A stretch of 64,000 nucleotides of DNA from a virus. Under the pieces are notes generated by a model, which was not told the DNA's origin, ran no database searches, and was given only the letters and a program-made list of their open reading frames with translations. Shown here in pieces: positions 28,315 through 38,600 of the stretch (its first letter is position 1; each line of letters begins with the position of its first letter). Both the position numbers and the translations under genes were made by a program. The DNA lies in IMG/VR virus record IMGVR_UViG_3300025727_000782, positions 1 to 64,000 of that record; one strand, 5' to 3'.

Positions 28315-28739
28315 AAAAAACAAGAATAATAAGAAATTTTCTATTTTGGTTTGTACTTGGATTTGTTATGATGGGTACAGTATCAAGTCAAACAAGACCT
28401 AAAGCAAAAGTAGAAATTACAGATAAAACTTTTAAGTCAGCAGTATCTAAAGGGTTTGTTGTGGTGATATTCACAGCAGATTATCAATTGAAAAATATTG
28501 ATCCTAAGATGATAAAAGATATTGAAGGACATGAAAAAACTGTTGTGGTATCAATACAACACAATAGTGTTTCAGCCGTTGTAAAGAAATTAAGGTTGAG
28601 AAATTATCCATCAATAGCTTTGTTTCATAATGGAGCAAAGAAAAAAGTTTGGAAACCAGATATGGATGGAAATTTAGGGATAACCCAAAAAGATATTAAA
28701 AAAGAAATAACCAATACATTAGCAGGTGATGTATTTTAA
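28311..28739 (+). CDS. Exported thioredoxin-fold protein lacking CxxC
   Basis: EITDKTFKSAVSKGFVVVIFTADY, LRNYPSIALFHNG; signal peptide. Confidence 0.6.
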   Translation: MKKTRIIRNFLFWFVLGFVMMGTVSSQTRPKAKVEITDKTFKSAVSKGFVVVIFTADYQLKNIDPKMIKDIEGHEKTVVVSIQHNSVSAVVKKLRLRNYPSIALFHNGAKKKVWKPDMDGNLGITQKDIKKEITNTLAGDVF

Positions 28740-28941
28740 AAAGGAGACTGATATGTTTAAAAAACTATTAGTAATAATACCGTTATTGTTTGCACTTGGA
28801 TGTGAAGACAATATAAGTCATGATATAGATGCTAATATGAATGGTAAAATACAGTTTTCAAATTTAAAAATAGATACAGATTCAGAAGAATCGCCGTATC
28901 ATAATTATGGTGGCAGATAAACCACTTGTAGGAGAAAGAAT

Positions 28942-30024
28942 ATGGCTGACGAAAATCAAGTAGAAACAAGTGAATCAGTATCAGTAGGTGATGATGAAGT
29001 TGGTGCAAGTGTAGAAGTAGATACAGGAGCAAGTGTAGAGGTAAGTGATGATGGAGTATCAGCAGAAGCTCATTATGAAGAATCTGCAGAAGCTCATGCT
29101 GGAGTATCAACAGAATCAGACTTGGGAGAAGCTCATGCTGGAGTATCAGCCGAAGTAAGTGTTGAAGCAGAAGTTCATGCAGATGCAGGATTTGATGGTG
29201 AAGATGTGAGTGCAAGTGTTGGAGCATCAATTGAGGAAAAAGCTCAAGTAGGTGTTGAAGCAGGAGCAAGTACTGATGGGGCTGGAGTTGAAGTTTCAGG
29301 TGATGCATATGTTGAAACACACGCAACAGCAGAAGCAGATGTAAGTGTTGGAGAACATGGAGTAGAAGCTGGTGGAGAAGCATCCATTGGTTCAAGTGTC
29401 GGTGTTGAAGGTGAAGGAAGTGCAACCGTAGGAGCCGCAACTGGAACAGTTGGTGGTGGAGTTAGTGTTGGTGAACAAGTTGGAATTGGTGGAGAAGGAC
29501 ACGCAACTATGGAAGATGGTGTAGTTGATGTAGGTGTTAGTGGAGATGTAGCAGCGTTAGTAGGAATTGAAGTTGATGTGGATGTACAAATAGATACTAA
29601 AGAAGTTCAGAAAGAAGCTGAAGCGGCACGAGTAGCAGCTGAAGAAGAAGCAAAACGAGTTGCTCAAGATGTGGCTGATGCAAAGAGAATTGCAGACCAA
29701 CAAGCAGCTGAGGCAAAAAGAATTGCAGATGAAGCTAAAGCAGAAGCAGAACGACAAGCCGAAGAAGTTAAGAAACAGGCTGAAGAAGCAAAACAACAAG
29801 CCGAAGAAGAAGCAAAACGAGTTGCTCAAGAAGCGGCAGATGCTAAAAGAATTGCAGAACAACAGGCGGCAGTGGCGAAAAAGAAATCCGATGAGGCCTC
29901 AAAAGCAGCAAAGAAAGCAGCAGATGATGCAGCTAATAAAGCAAAGAAAGGTACTAAGAAAGCCACTAAGTCAATTTCAAAAGCTTTTGGTGGCGGTAAA
30001 AAGAAACATAAGAAGAAACACTAA
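28942..30024 (+). CDS. Low-complexity protein: acidic G/A/V/E beta-repeat region, TolA-like charged helix, basic tail
   Basis: AGGAG RBS; composition; internal DNA repeats GAAGAAGAAGCAAAACGAGTTGCTCAAGA at 29641 and 29803. Confidence 0.7.
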   Translation: MADENQVETSESVSVGDDEVGASVEVDTGASVEVSDDGVSAEAHYEESAEAHAGVSTESDLGEAHAGVSAEVSVEAEVHADAGFDGEDVSASVGASIEEKAQVGVEAGASTDGAGVEVSGDAYVETHATAEADVSVGEHGVEAGGEASIGSSVGVEGEGSATVGAATGTVGGGVSVGEQVGIGGEGHATMEDGVVDVGVSGDVAALVGIEVDVDVQIDTKEVQKEAEAARVAAEEEAKRVAQDVADAKRIADQQAAEAKRIADEAKAEAERQAEEVKKQAEEAKQQAEEEAKRVAQEAADAKRIAEQQAAVAKKKSDEASKAAKKAADDAANKAKKGTKKATKSISKAFGGGKKKHKKKH

Positions 30025-30284
30025 TGGCTATAACAGATTACGATGAATTACATGGTGGTGATGGACTACCAGATTGGATGCAATATAGTATTAGTATTGC
30101 AATGTTTGGAATGTTTATATGGATAATTTGGTTGTTATTCCATTCTACTTTAGACCCACAGTTTAGAGACTTACTTAATATTATTGTAGGTGGTTTTTTA
30201 GCTTCCTTTGGTAAAGTAGTAGACTTTTGGTTTAAACACGAAAAGTCTAAAAAGGGTGTAATGAGATGTACAGGAGGTAAATAA
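30024..30284 (+). CDS. Two-TM membrane protein, holin-like
   Basis: Two hydrophobic helices, RDLLNIIVG...VVDFWF, basic C-terminus. Confidence 0.5.
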   Translation: MAITDYDELHGGDGLPDWMQYSISIAMFGMFIWIIWLLFHSTLDPQFRDLLNIIVGGFLASFGKVVDFWFKHEKSKKGVMRCTGGK

Positions 30285-30428
30285 ATGCCAAACAGAAAAG
30301 CAAAAGATAGAAAAGCTAAACGACAGAAGTTAAATGAAAAATGGAAAACCGAAGGTAGAACTGCAAAACAACATAAGAAGTGGAAAGCAAAACAACCTAC
30401 AAATCAAATGCCACGATATGGGAGATAA
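30285..30428 (+). CDS. Small highly basic protein (47 aa)
   Basis: AGGAGG RBS; MPNRKAKDRKAKRQKLNEKWKTEGRTAKQHKKW... Confidence 0.55.
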   Translation: MPNRKAKDRKAKRQKLNEKWKTEGRTAKQHKKWKAKQPTNQMPRYGR

Positions 30429-30583
30429 CAAATGGAATTAAATTGGACATATGATGTAGAAACTAAATTGATGACATTTATTTTAAATGATTCAATTAAA
30501 TATGTAGCTACAAGTGGAGGCCTTCGTTATGGTAAGAAAGTTGCTAAAGCTCTATTTCAAGGAATAATTAAAAAGGACTTGTA

Positions 30584-30994
30584 ATGATTACATTAAAAGA
30601 AGTTTATTTGTTACAAGAAAGAGAAGATTTTACTTTTATAGCAAGTGAAATCATAAAATATTATAAATCAAAAGTTCCGCCAGGAATAAAAATTAACACA
30701 ACACGATATAAAGATGATACTCTTAAAGGTGATTATAATGTTGATAAAAACACTATACAAATCAGAACAAGTTATACAAAAGTATCAGACTTCATGATAT
30801 CAGTTCTACACGAAATCAAACACGCTATGGATGCTAAAAAGAAGGGTAAAAAAAACTATAAATTAGATTACGAGTGGGAAATGAATTATCAGATTGGAAA
30901 TGGTAAACACCAATATAGAGATAACAAATATGAGATAGAAGCCGAAAAATGGGCAAAAAGTGAGTATAGTAAAAGATGGAAAAATAAATTCTAA
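30584..30994 (+). CDS. Zincin-like metallopeptidase (HExxH)
   Basis: GDYN...IQI...SVLHEIKHAMD...NKYEIEA. Confidence 0.65.
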   Translation: MITLKEVYLLQEREDFTFIASEIIKYYKSKVPPGIKINTTRYKDDTLKGDYNVDKNTIQIRTSYTKVSDFMISVLHEIKHAMDAKKKGKKNYKLDYEWEMNYQIGNGKHQYRDNKYEIEAEKWAKSEYSKRWKNKF

Positions 30995-31029
30995 TTTGGG
31001 GATTTTAGGTTATATTTATATATATAGTT

Positions 31030-31365
31030 ATGAAGACTCGTTCAGCGAAAAATAAAGGCAAACGCCTTCAAAATACAGTCAGAGATATTCTACTCGAAAC
31101 ATTCAAGGAAGATTTAGAACCAGATGATATTCGTTCGCAAATTATGGGAATGAGTGGAGAGGACATAGTTTTATCCCCTGCCGCTCGTAAACTTATACCA
31201 TATTCAATAGAATGTAAAAATCAAGAAAAGTTGAATATATGGTCATCATTAGAACAGGCGGAAGGTAATTCTAAAGAATCTACTCCCGTATTGGTATTTA
31301 AAAGAAATAGAAGTAAAACTTATGCAGCTGTAGAATTAAAGGAATTTATCAAGTTGATTAAATGA
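31030..31365 (+). CDS. PD-(D/E)xK nuclease, Holliday junction resolvase-like
   Basis: SAKNKGKRLQ, GEDI, SIECKNQE, PVLVFKRNR. Confidence 0.8.
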   Translation: MKTRSAKNKGKRLQNTVRDILLETFKEDLEPDDIRSQIMGMSGEDIVLSPAARKLIPYSIECKNQEKLNIWSSLEQAEGNSKESTPVLVFKRNRSKTYAAVELKEFIKLIK

Positions 31366-32282
31366 GTCAGTTAGTTATAAACATATTAGATAAAGCCCTT
31401 AAATCAAAGGGTAATAAATTAAAGAAGACAAATGAGTATATGTGGTGGAGTCCATTTGTCTCACATCACAAACCAAAATTACAAGTCAATATAGAGACTG
31501 GTAAGTGGCATTGTTGGGTAAGTAATCAAGGTGGACATAATCTGTTCCAATTATTAAAACAAGTAAATGCAAACAGAAGTCTATTCAAAGAGTTGAGTGA
31601 TGCTGTCGGTTCTACTTACTATACTTCAGATAAGAAAGATGTGAAAGATATTGTATTAAATCTTCCGAAGGAAGCTAAACCATTATGGAATGGTGGAGAT
31701 TCATTACAGAAGTTACATGCACTTAAATTTATATATGAACGAGGTTTAACCGATGAAGATATACTACGATACAATTTACATTATTGTTTAAGTGGAGTGT
31801 ATCAAAATAGAATTATTATACCGAGTTATGATAGTGATGGAGTATTGAATTATTTCGTAGGGAGAGATTTTTATAAGGGTGGAATGAAATACAAAAATCC
31901 CCCTATACCTAAAGATATTATCGGATTCGACTTGTATATAGATTGGAGTCAACCGATTGTTCTTTGTGAGGGAGTGTTTGATGCCATTGCTATTAAAAAT
32001 AACTCTATACCATTATTCGGTAAAACCATATTACCTAAACTTTATGAAAAGATAATAAAAAATCGGGTTAAACATATAATAATTTCTTTGGATGAAGACG
32101 CATTTAAAGACTCTTTAAAAATGATAAAAAAATTCTTTAACTCTGGAATTTCCGTAAACTTTGTCAAACTTACGGAAACCGACCCAAGTGAATTGGGATA
32201 TATAAAAATGATTGACAAACTAAATACTTCAACCGAAGTAAACTTTAAAGAACTAATGAGAATGAAAATTTATGGAAAATAA
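31362..32282 (+). CDS. DNA primase (TOPRIM)
   Basis: WHCW N-terminal zinc-ribbon-like, NRIIIP, YFVGR, KYKNP, LCEGVFDA, ISLDEDA, DPSELG. Confidence 0.88.
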   Translation: MSQLVINILDKALKSKGNKLKKTNEYMWWSPFVSHHKPKLQVNIETGKWHCWVSNQGGHNLFQLLKQVNANRSLFKELSDAVGSTYYTSDKKDVKDIVLNLPKEAKPLWNGGDSLQKLHALKFIYERGLTDEDILRYNLHYCLSGVYQNRIIIPSYDSDGVLNYFVGRDFYKGGMKYKNPPIPKDIIGFDLYIDWSQPIVLCEGVFDAIAIKNNSIPLFGKTILPKLYEKIIKNRVKHIIISLDEDAFKDSLKMIKKFFNSGISVNFVKLTETDPSELGYIKMIDKLNTSTEVNFKELMRMKIYGK

Positions 32283-35200
32283 AATAAAAGTTCCGTTTCG
32301 GAAACTTAAACACATACACCACATATCAGATATACAAATTCGTAATCTGAAACGACATAGAGAATATGAAGAAGTATTCAATGGATTATATGAAGAAGTA
32401 AAAAAGAATCCAGATAATGCCGTAGCATATATTGGTGGTGATATAGCTCATTCTAAGTGTGAGATGTCACCAGAGTTAATTGACCAATTATCTCGATTAT
32501 TCAAAAATTTAGCAGATATAGTTCCTACAATTATTATTGCAGGAAATCACGATTGTAATCTAAATAATCTAAATAGAATGGATTGTTTAACACCTATCGT
32601 AGAAAACTTAAATCATCCAAACTTACACTATCTAAAACGAACAGGGATTTATACCTGTGCGGATACAGATTTTATAGTATGGGATGTGTGGGATAGTGAA
32701 AAAGATTATATTAAAGCAAAAGATGTTCCAGGCGATAGAACTAAAGTTGTATTGTTTCATGGTACGGTAGATAGAAGTGAAACTGATTTAGGATTTAAGT
32801 TACCAAGTAAAGTAAAGATGTCAATGTTCAAAGGATATGATTTAGGATTACTTGGTGATATACACAAAAGACAACATTTGAATAAAGAAGAAACTATATC
32901 TTATTGTGGTTCATTAGTTCAACAGAATCATGGTGAAGATATTGGTAAAGGTTATTTACTATGGGATGTACCAAATAGAAAATCAGAATACATAGAAATA
33001 CATAATGATTTTGGTTATTATACAGTTGATATAGATAATGGTAAATTACCAGAACTTCCAAATCTACCTAATAAACCACGAGTTCGTATTAGAGTAAGTA
33101 ATACCAAACCCGCTCAGTTAAAACGATTGTTAGCTAAACTACATAAAATGACTAATATTCAAGAATCAGTTGTTACGAGAGTAGATGGTTTGAGTACAGA
33201 AACGATTCGTGATAAGAAAATTAATCTTGGGGATATTAATAGTGTAGGTTATCAATATAAATTAATTAGTGAGTATTTAAGTAACAATTATATGGTTGAT
33301 GATGACACCATGATAAAGATAAAAAAAGTACTTACTGATTTAAATGCAGTTATACCAGAATCAGATGTTCAACGAAATGTACATTGGAAATTAAAGAAAT
33401 TTGAATTTAGTAATCTGTTTAGTTATGGTGAAGATAATGTAGTAGATTTTACAAAACTAAATGGTGTAGTTGGATTATTTGCACCTAATGCTGCAGGTAA
33501 ATCAGGACTATTAGATGCTCTATGTTTTAACTTATTTGATATGAGTTCTCGAGCATATAAGGCAGATAAAATTATTAATAATTCAAAATCTAATTTACAT
33601 TGTAGAGTTAATTTTGAGATAGATGGTACAGATTACTTTATTGAAAAAACAGGTAAAAAGAATTTACGAACAGGTCATGTAAAGGTAGATATAGAATTTT
33701 GGATGATTGATGAAACTGGTGATAAGATTAGTTTAAATGGAGACCAACGAAGAACTACACAAAATAACATCAAACGAGTTATTGGTAGTTATGAAGATTT
33801 TATTTTAACATCTATGAGTTCACAAAATAACTCAACTGTATTTATTGATAAAACACAAAAAGAACGAAAAGAGTTATTATCTCAATTTATGGGATTGAAT
33901 ATATTTGATAGATTATACACACAAGCATCCGAAGATATTAAAGAAGTGAATACACTTTTAAAAGACTTTAAGAAATCAGATTATGATAGTGAGTTAGCAT
34001 CAATAACAAATGATTTGATTTTGTTAACATCAAAACAAAAAGATTTCAAAAAAGATGAACGAGTTTTAAAAAAATCAATTAAAGAAATAATATCAGAAAT
34101 AAAAGAAGAGACTAAAAGATTAAAACCAGTTGATGATAGTTTACGAGATATTGATGATTTAAAAACTGAAGAAACAAAACTTAGAGGTATGTTTGGTAAT
34201 GTAGATTTAAAACTTGATGAGTTACAAGTAGAAGAATATGATTTACAGAGAGCAATTGAAAATATCATTACGAAGATGTCAAGTTATAAACAAGATGGGG
34301 TTCAAGATAAATACTTTGAATTAGAAAAACTTGAAGAAGAAAGAGATTTGTTTCAAATTGAGATTGATAAACTTAAATCCGATGTTAGAGTTAAATTGGA
34401 TAAGATTGAAAAACTTCATAATGTAACTCACGATGAAGATTGTGAACATTGTATGAGTAATCCATTTACACTGGATGCTATTGAAACTCGTAAGAACCTT
34501 AGTAAAGACCAAAAGATTGCACAAGAGTATGTAAATAAAAAACAACATATGGAAGATGAAATTCAAAAGAGATTTAAAATTCGTGCATTTAAAAAAGATT
34601 TAGATGAATTAACAGAACAATATAATCAAAAAGAAATGTATGAATCACGAGTTAATTCAGATATCAAATTGATGAAAGAAAAGAAATCTAATATACAGAA
34701 TCAGTTAAATTTAATCACAAGTGATATATCAAAAGCACAATCACAAGAACAAGATGTAATGTTTAATTCACAAGTAGAAATAGAAATAGAAAAGTTACAA
34801 AGTAATGATGATGATTTGGATTATCAATTAGATATGGTAAGTAAAAAATTAACTACATTACATGGTGATATACAAGTACTGAGAACCAATGAAAAACAAA
34901 TCAATGATAACATCAATAAAGTAGAAGAACTTGAAGATTCACATCAGGCATATCAATACTTACTTGAGGCAATAAAACGAGATGGTGTACCTTATGATTT
35001 GATTAGTAAATCATTACCTACAATTGAGGGAGCAGTAAATGATATCTTGGCTCAAATAGTTGACTTTAGTATTGTGTTTAATATGGATGGAAAAGTTATT
35101 GATACTCATATCGTATATGATGATGATAGAGTATGGCCATTAGAATTATCAAGTGGTATGGAACGATTCATTAGTTCTCTTGCAATAAGAGTTGGTTTAA

Positions 35201-35430
35201 TGAATGTTAGTAATTTACCACGAAGTAACTTCTTGGCTATCGATGAGGGATGGGGAACAATGGATAGTGAAAACTTAAATTCAGTTTCTCAATTATTCCA
35301 ATACTTGAAATCCCAATTCCAATTTACAATGGTAGTTTCTCATATAGAAACTATGAGAGATTTTGTAGATACTTTATTAGAGATCAAAAAAGTTAATAGT
35401 TTGAGCTCAGTTCGATTTAGTAGAGACTGA
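32272..35430 (+). CDS. Fused SbcD-SbcC (Mre11-Rad50, T4 gp47-gp46-like) recombination nuclease-ATPase
   Basis: HISDIQ, GGDIAH, AGNHD, LGDIH, YCGS; Walker A APNAAGKS; coiled coil with CEHC hook; LSSGME; LAIDEGWG; VVSH. Confidence 0.92.
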   Translation: MENKIKVPFRKLKHIHHISDIQIRNLKRHREYEEVFNGLYEEVKKNPDNAVAYIGGDIAHSKCEMSPELIDQLSRLFKNLADIVPTIIIAGNHDCNLNNLNRMDCLTPIVENLNHPNLHYLKRTGIYTCADTDFIVWDVWDSEKDYIKAKDVPGDRTKVVLFHGTVDRSETDLGFKLPSKVKMSMFKGYDLGLLGDIHKRQHLNKEETISYCGSLVQQNHGEDIGKGYLLWDVPNRKSEYIEIHNDFGYYTVDIDNGKLPELPNLPNKPRVRIRVSNTKPAQLKRLLAKLHKMTNIQESVVTRVDGLSTETIRDKKINLGDINSVGYQYKLISEYLSNNYMVDDDTMIKIKKVLTDLNAVIPESDVQRNVHWKLKKFEFSNLFSYGEDNVVDFTKLNGVVGLFAPNAAGKSGLLDALCFNLFDMSSRAYKADKIINNSKSNLHCRVNFEIDGTDYFIEKTGKKNLRTGHVKVDIEFWMIDETGDKISLNGDQRRTTQNNIKRVIGSYEDFILTSMSSQNNSTVFIDKTQKERKELLSQFMGLNIFDRLYTQASEDIKEVNTLLKDFKKSDYDSELASITNDLILLTSKQKDFKKDERVLKKSIKEIISEIKEETKRLKPVDDSLRDIDDLKTEETKLRGMFGNVDLKLDELQVEEYDLQRAIENIITKMSSYKQDGVQDKYFELEKLEEERDLFQIEIDKLKSDVRVKLDKIEKLHNVTHDEDCEHCMSNPFTLDAIETRKNLSKDQKIAQEYVNKKQHMEDEIQKRFKIRAFKKDLDELTEQYNQKEMYESRVNSDIKLMKEKKSNIQNQLNLITSDISKAQSQEQDVMFNSQVEIEIEKLQSNDDDLDYQLDMVSKKLTTLHGDIQVLRTNEKQINDNINKVEELEDSHQAYQYLLEAIKRDGVPYDLISKSLPTIEGAVNDILAQIVDFSIVFNMDGKVIDTHIVYDDDRVWPLELSSGMERFISSLAIRVGLMNVSNLPRSNFLAIDEGWGTMDSENLNSVSQLFQYLKSQFQFTMVVSHIETMRDFVDTLLEIKKVNSLSSVRFSRD

Positions 35431-35595
35431 TGGCATCTTAGGACGATTCTGAGTACTACTTGAATCGTTATACATCTTAAAAATCTGTTGATTTAAAACC
35501 GAAGATGCAGATACTCGGTTTTGTTTACACCAATATCTGAACCAATCCATTAAATCTGTATCTAATGTAAAATTATATCTTTGTTTATTTTTCAT
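35407..35595 (-). CDS. Ribbon-helix-helix-like small DNA-binding protein
   Basis: KQRYNFTLDTDLMDWFRYWCKQNRVSASSVLNQQI; AAGGAA RBS on minus strand. Confidence 0.6.
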   Translation of the reverse strand: MKNKQRYNFTLDTDLMDWFRYWCKQNRVSASSVLNQQIFKMYNDSSSTQNRPKMPSVSTKSN

Positions 35596-35691
35596 TTATA
35601 CTTCCTTTATACACACTTCATATATATTAATAAGTATTAAATTTTAAAGTTTTGATATTTATTAATGTAACCCAAACGGAGTTTTTCCAAC

Positions 35692-38600
35692 ATGGCAATA
35701 TTAAAAAGAACCAATAAATATCAAGGATTGAAAGATATAGATGTATTAGTTGAAGAAAGTGGATTGTCTTCACAATATTTTAATATCTATGATGTTCCTT
35801 CCAATATACCGCAAGGTAGGTCTTCATTCCTATTAGCTGGTTCGCCATTTCTTAAAAATTTTGTAGAACTAAAAGTAGAAATATTAGACTCTGCTGGCCA
35901 AACGGTTTATACTGAACCAGTATCAAATTATATTGAAGGAAATGCTCGTAGAGTATCAATTGAAGTATATGATGATACTGCTCCTGGTGATGCTTTTCTT
36001 TATATTGTAGGTGAGTTAAAAGATAACTTTAGAAGTGTTTCTGGCCAACAACGACAAAATTTAGAAGTAACAGATAAATTTTTAGACTCTGAAATTCTTA
36101 ATAATCTTGGTGGAAATGATGTACCACATGATTTTCAAAATATATATAATGTAAGATATATACGACCTATTTTTATAAATACGGTAATTCCAAATTCCGA
36201 ACCAATATATTTTTATCAACAACCACGAGTTACCGTTACTGAAATTTTAAAGGGATATGTTGTAGAAACAAGCGTTTCAAGTTCATATGAAATTACTGGT
36301 AGTGTAAGTGTAGACCCAATTCCAGATTTAAAACCAAAAGACCCTGAACCAGATCCAATAGATGGATTTAGTAAAGGAATGAATGATGGTGCTCGTGATG
36401 AAATTGGAAATGAATTAGAAATATTTAAAAATAGAAGAAGTTCCAAAATTGATCCATTGAGACATAGTAACTACTCATCTCGTGGTAGAGTAATGAGAAG
36501 AGAATCTCCTGAAATAGATAGGTTTACTATTACTGTTGGTTCTATGGAAACTTCACCTGAGAATACCACAAGTGATGCTGTAACGAGTGCATTTGTTGGT
36601 GGTGAAATAACAATTAACAACCCAAGTGTGGATTCTACATTATATCCACCAGATGAATATACAATTCCAACTCAATATAAATCATCAATTAAAAAAGTCA
36701 ATAATGAGAAAACTCTTGTACCACTTGATGATTTTGTAATTACAAAAAAATCTACAGGCGAAAAAGTACCAGTTCAAATAGACGAGGCTAATAATAATGT
36801 TACGATGTCGGTTACACCAACACCGCCACAAATTATTAGTACAACACACTATCGTTCATATGCGGATATTATTGTTGGTAATTTACATACATTTAGTGGA
36901 GATGTTTATAAAGCAAAAATTTATGCAAGAAGTAAAGGAACTCTTGGAGATTTTGAACCTGTATATGATGCTTCAATAGAAGCACCACAAGTATTAATAG
37001 ATAGTTATAGTGAAACAGGATTTAAGAATACAGGTTATTTTTATACACAATCAATAGTTGATGATTATTGGGATGTAGTAAATGGTACGGCTACTCAAAA
37101 CAATAGTAAGTTTATTGATGGTGTTTTAATTAGTGGTTCTAATGCGGGATTTACACCAGAACATTCAACTGTAAATACGGTAGAATTCAATACTTCACAT
37201 AGTTATGATTTACAAACAGGAGTACCATATACTCTTGAGTTTAATGCCTATTATTATAAAGAAGATAAATCAGATAAAGATGGAGTTAGTACTAAACAAG
37301 CAGAATTAGAAGTATTTCTAAGTGGTTCTGCCATGACGGGTGGTTCTGAAGAAAATCATAAATTGGGTAAAGTAGTTGTTAATGATAATACAACTGAAGG
37401 CCAAGTTCTTGGGGTTCACAATACATTTACATCTGCCATAACTGGTACACCATCTACACATCTAAAATTCAAAGCAACTTCAGGTCGTTGGATAATTCAA
37501 GATATTTTATTACGACCACACAGTGAAACAAATTTCAATCCTTCTTATTTTAGAACTATTGTTCCTATGACACATCCGCTACCTAAGAAACCAGATCAAT
37601 ATGATTTCTTGGTGGAGTTTTATGATTTAAATAATAATATTGCAGAAACAATTTCTGTTAAAGAGAATATAGATTTTGTAGGGGCACCACAAAATATAGA
37701 TGGTGAGGATAACTTACTTAGTGGTTCTTTATTTATAGGAAATGCACAAGGTAGTGGTTTTGAGATGGCAGGAGCATCTTCTGCATATATGAGGTCTCTT
37801 ACCTACGAGGGATTCGATAAAACTATCGCAAGTAGTAGTGGTGGATTTATGATATGGAGTGGTTCAGTCGGTGGACGATTATCTTCAAGTGAAGATTATG
37901 ATGGTGTTGGATTAGAGATTGTAGATGCTCATGGTGCAACAGATAGATATTTACAATTTAAAACTAATCCAAGTACATTTAAAGTTCAAACGGATGAGTT
38001 CTTTTTAGGTAGTACATCACAATTTGTTAGTGGTAGTAATAGTAATATAGAAATTAGTTCAAGTAATTTCCACTTAACACCAGAGGGTGATGTAACCATG
38101 AGTGGTACAATTACTGCAACTGCTGGTAACATTGGTGATTGGACAATATCAGGTGGGGATATCGTTGGTTCTAATATTACTATGGATGCTGATAGTTCAA
38201 GAATTTATAAGACGGATGATAATGCTGACCTAACTGGTTATTATATGGACTTTACTCCAGGTTCAAATTATTATATAAGATTTGGAACTAACTTTGCCGT
38301 ATCTTCATCGGGTACACTTATTGCTGAAGGTGCAATAATTGAGGGGGTTTTAACATCATCAGAAGGTTTGATTGCTAATTGGACAATAGATTCAGATTCA
38401 ATTTATAAACTTACTTCAGGTAAATATAGTGGACTATCTTCAACTGGAGATACTCGATTCTTTGGTGGAGCTTCATCATTAACAGCAACAGGAAGTGCAC
38501 CATTTAATGTTAAGGCAACTGGAGATATAACGGGTTCAAGTGTATTATTTACTGGAGGTAAAGTTGGTGGATTTGAAATAGTTACTGATGGATTAAGTTC

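Noticed and set aside
28832-30046. His/Leu-rich and Phe/Cys-rich alternative-frame ORFs
   Set aside because: Shadows of the low-complexity gene 28942..30024
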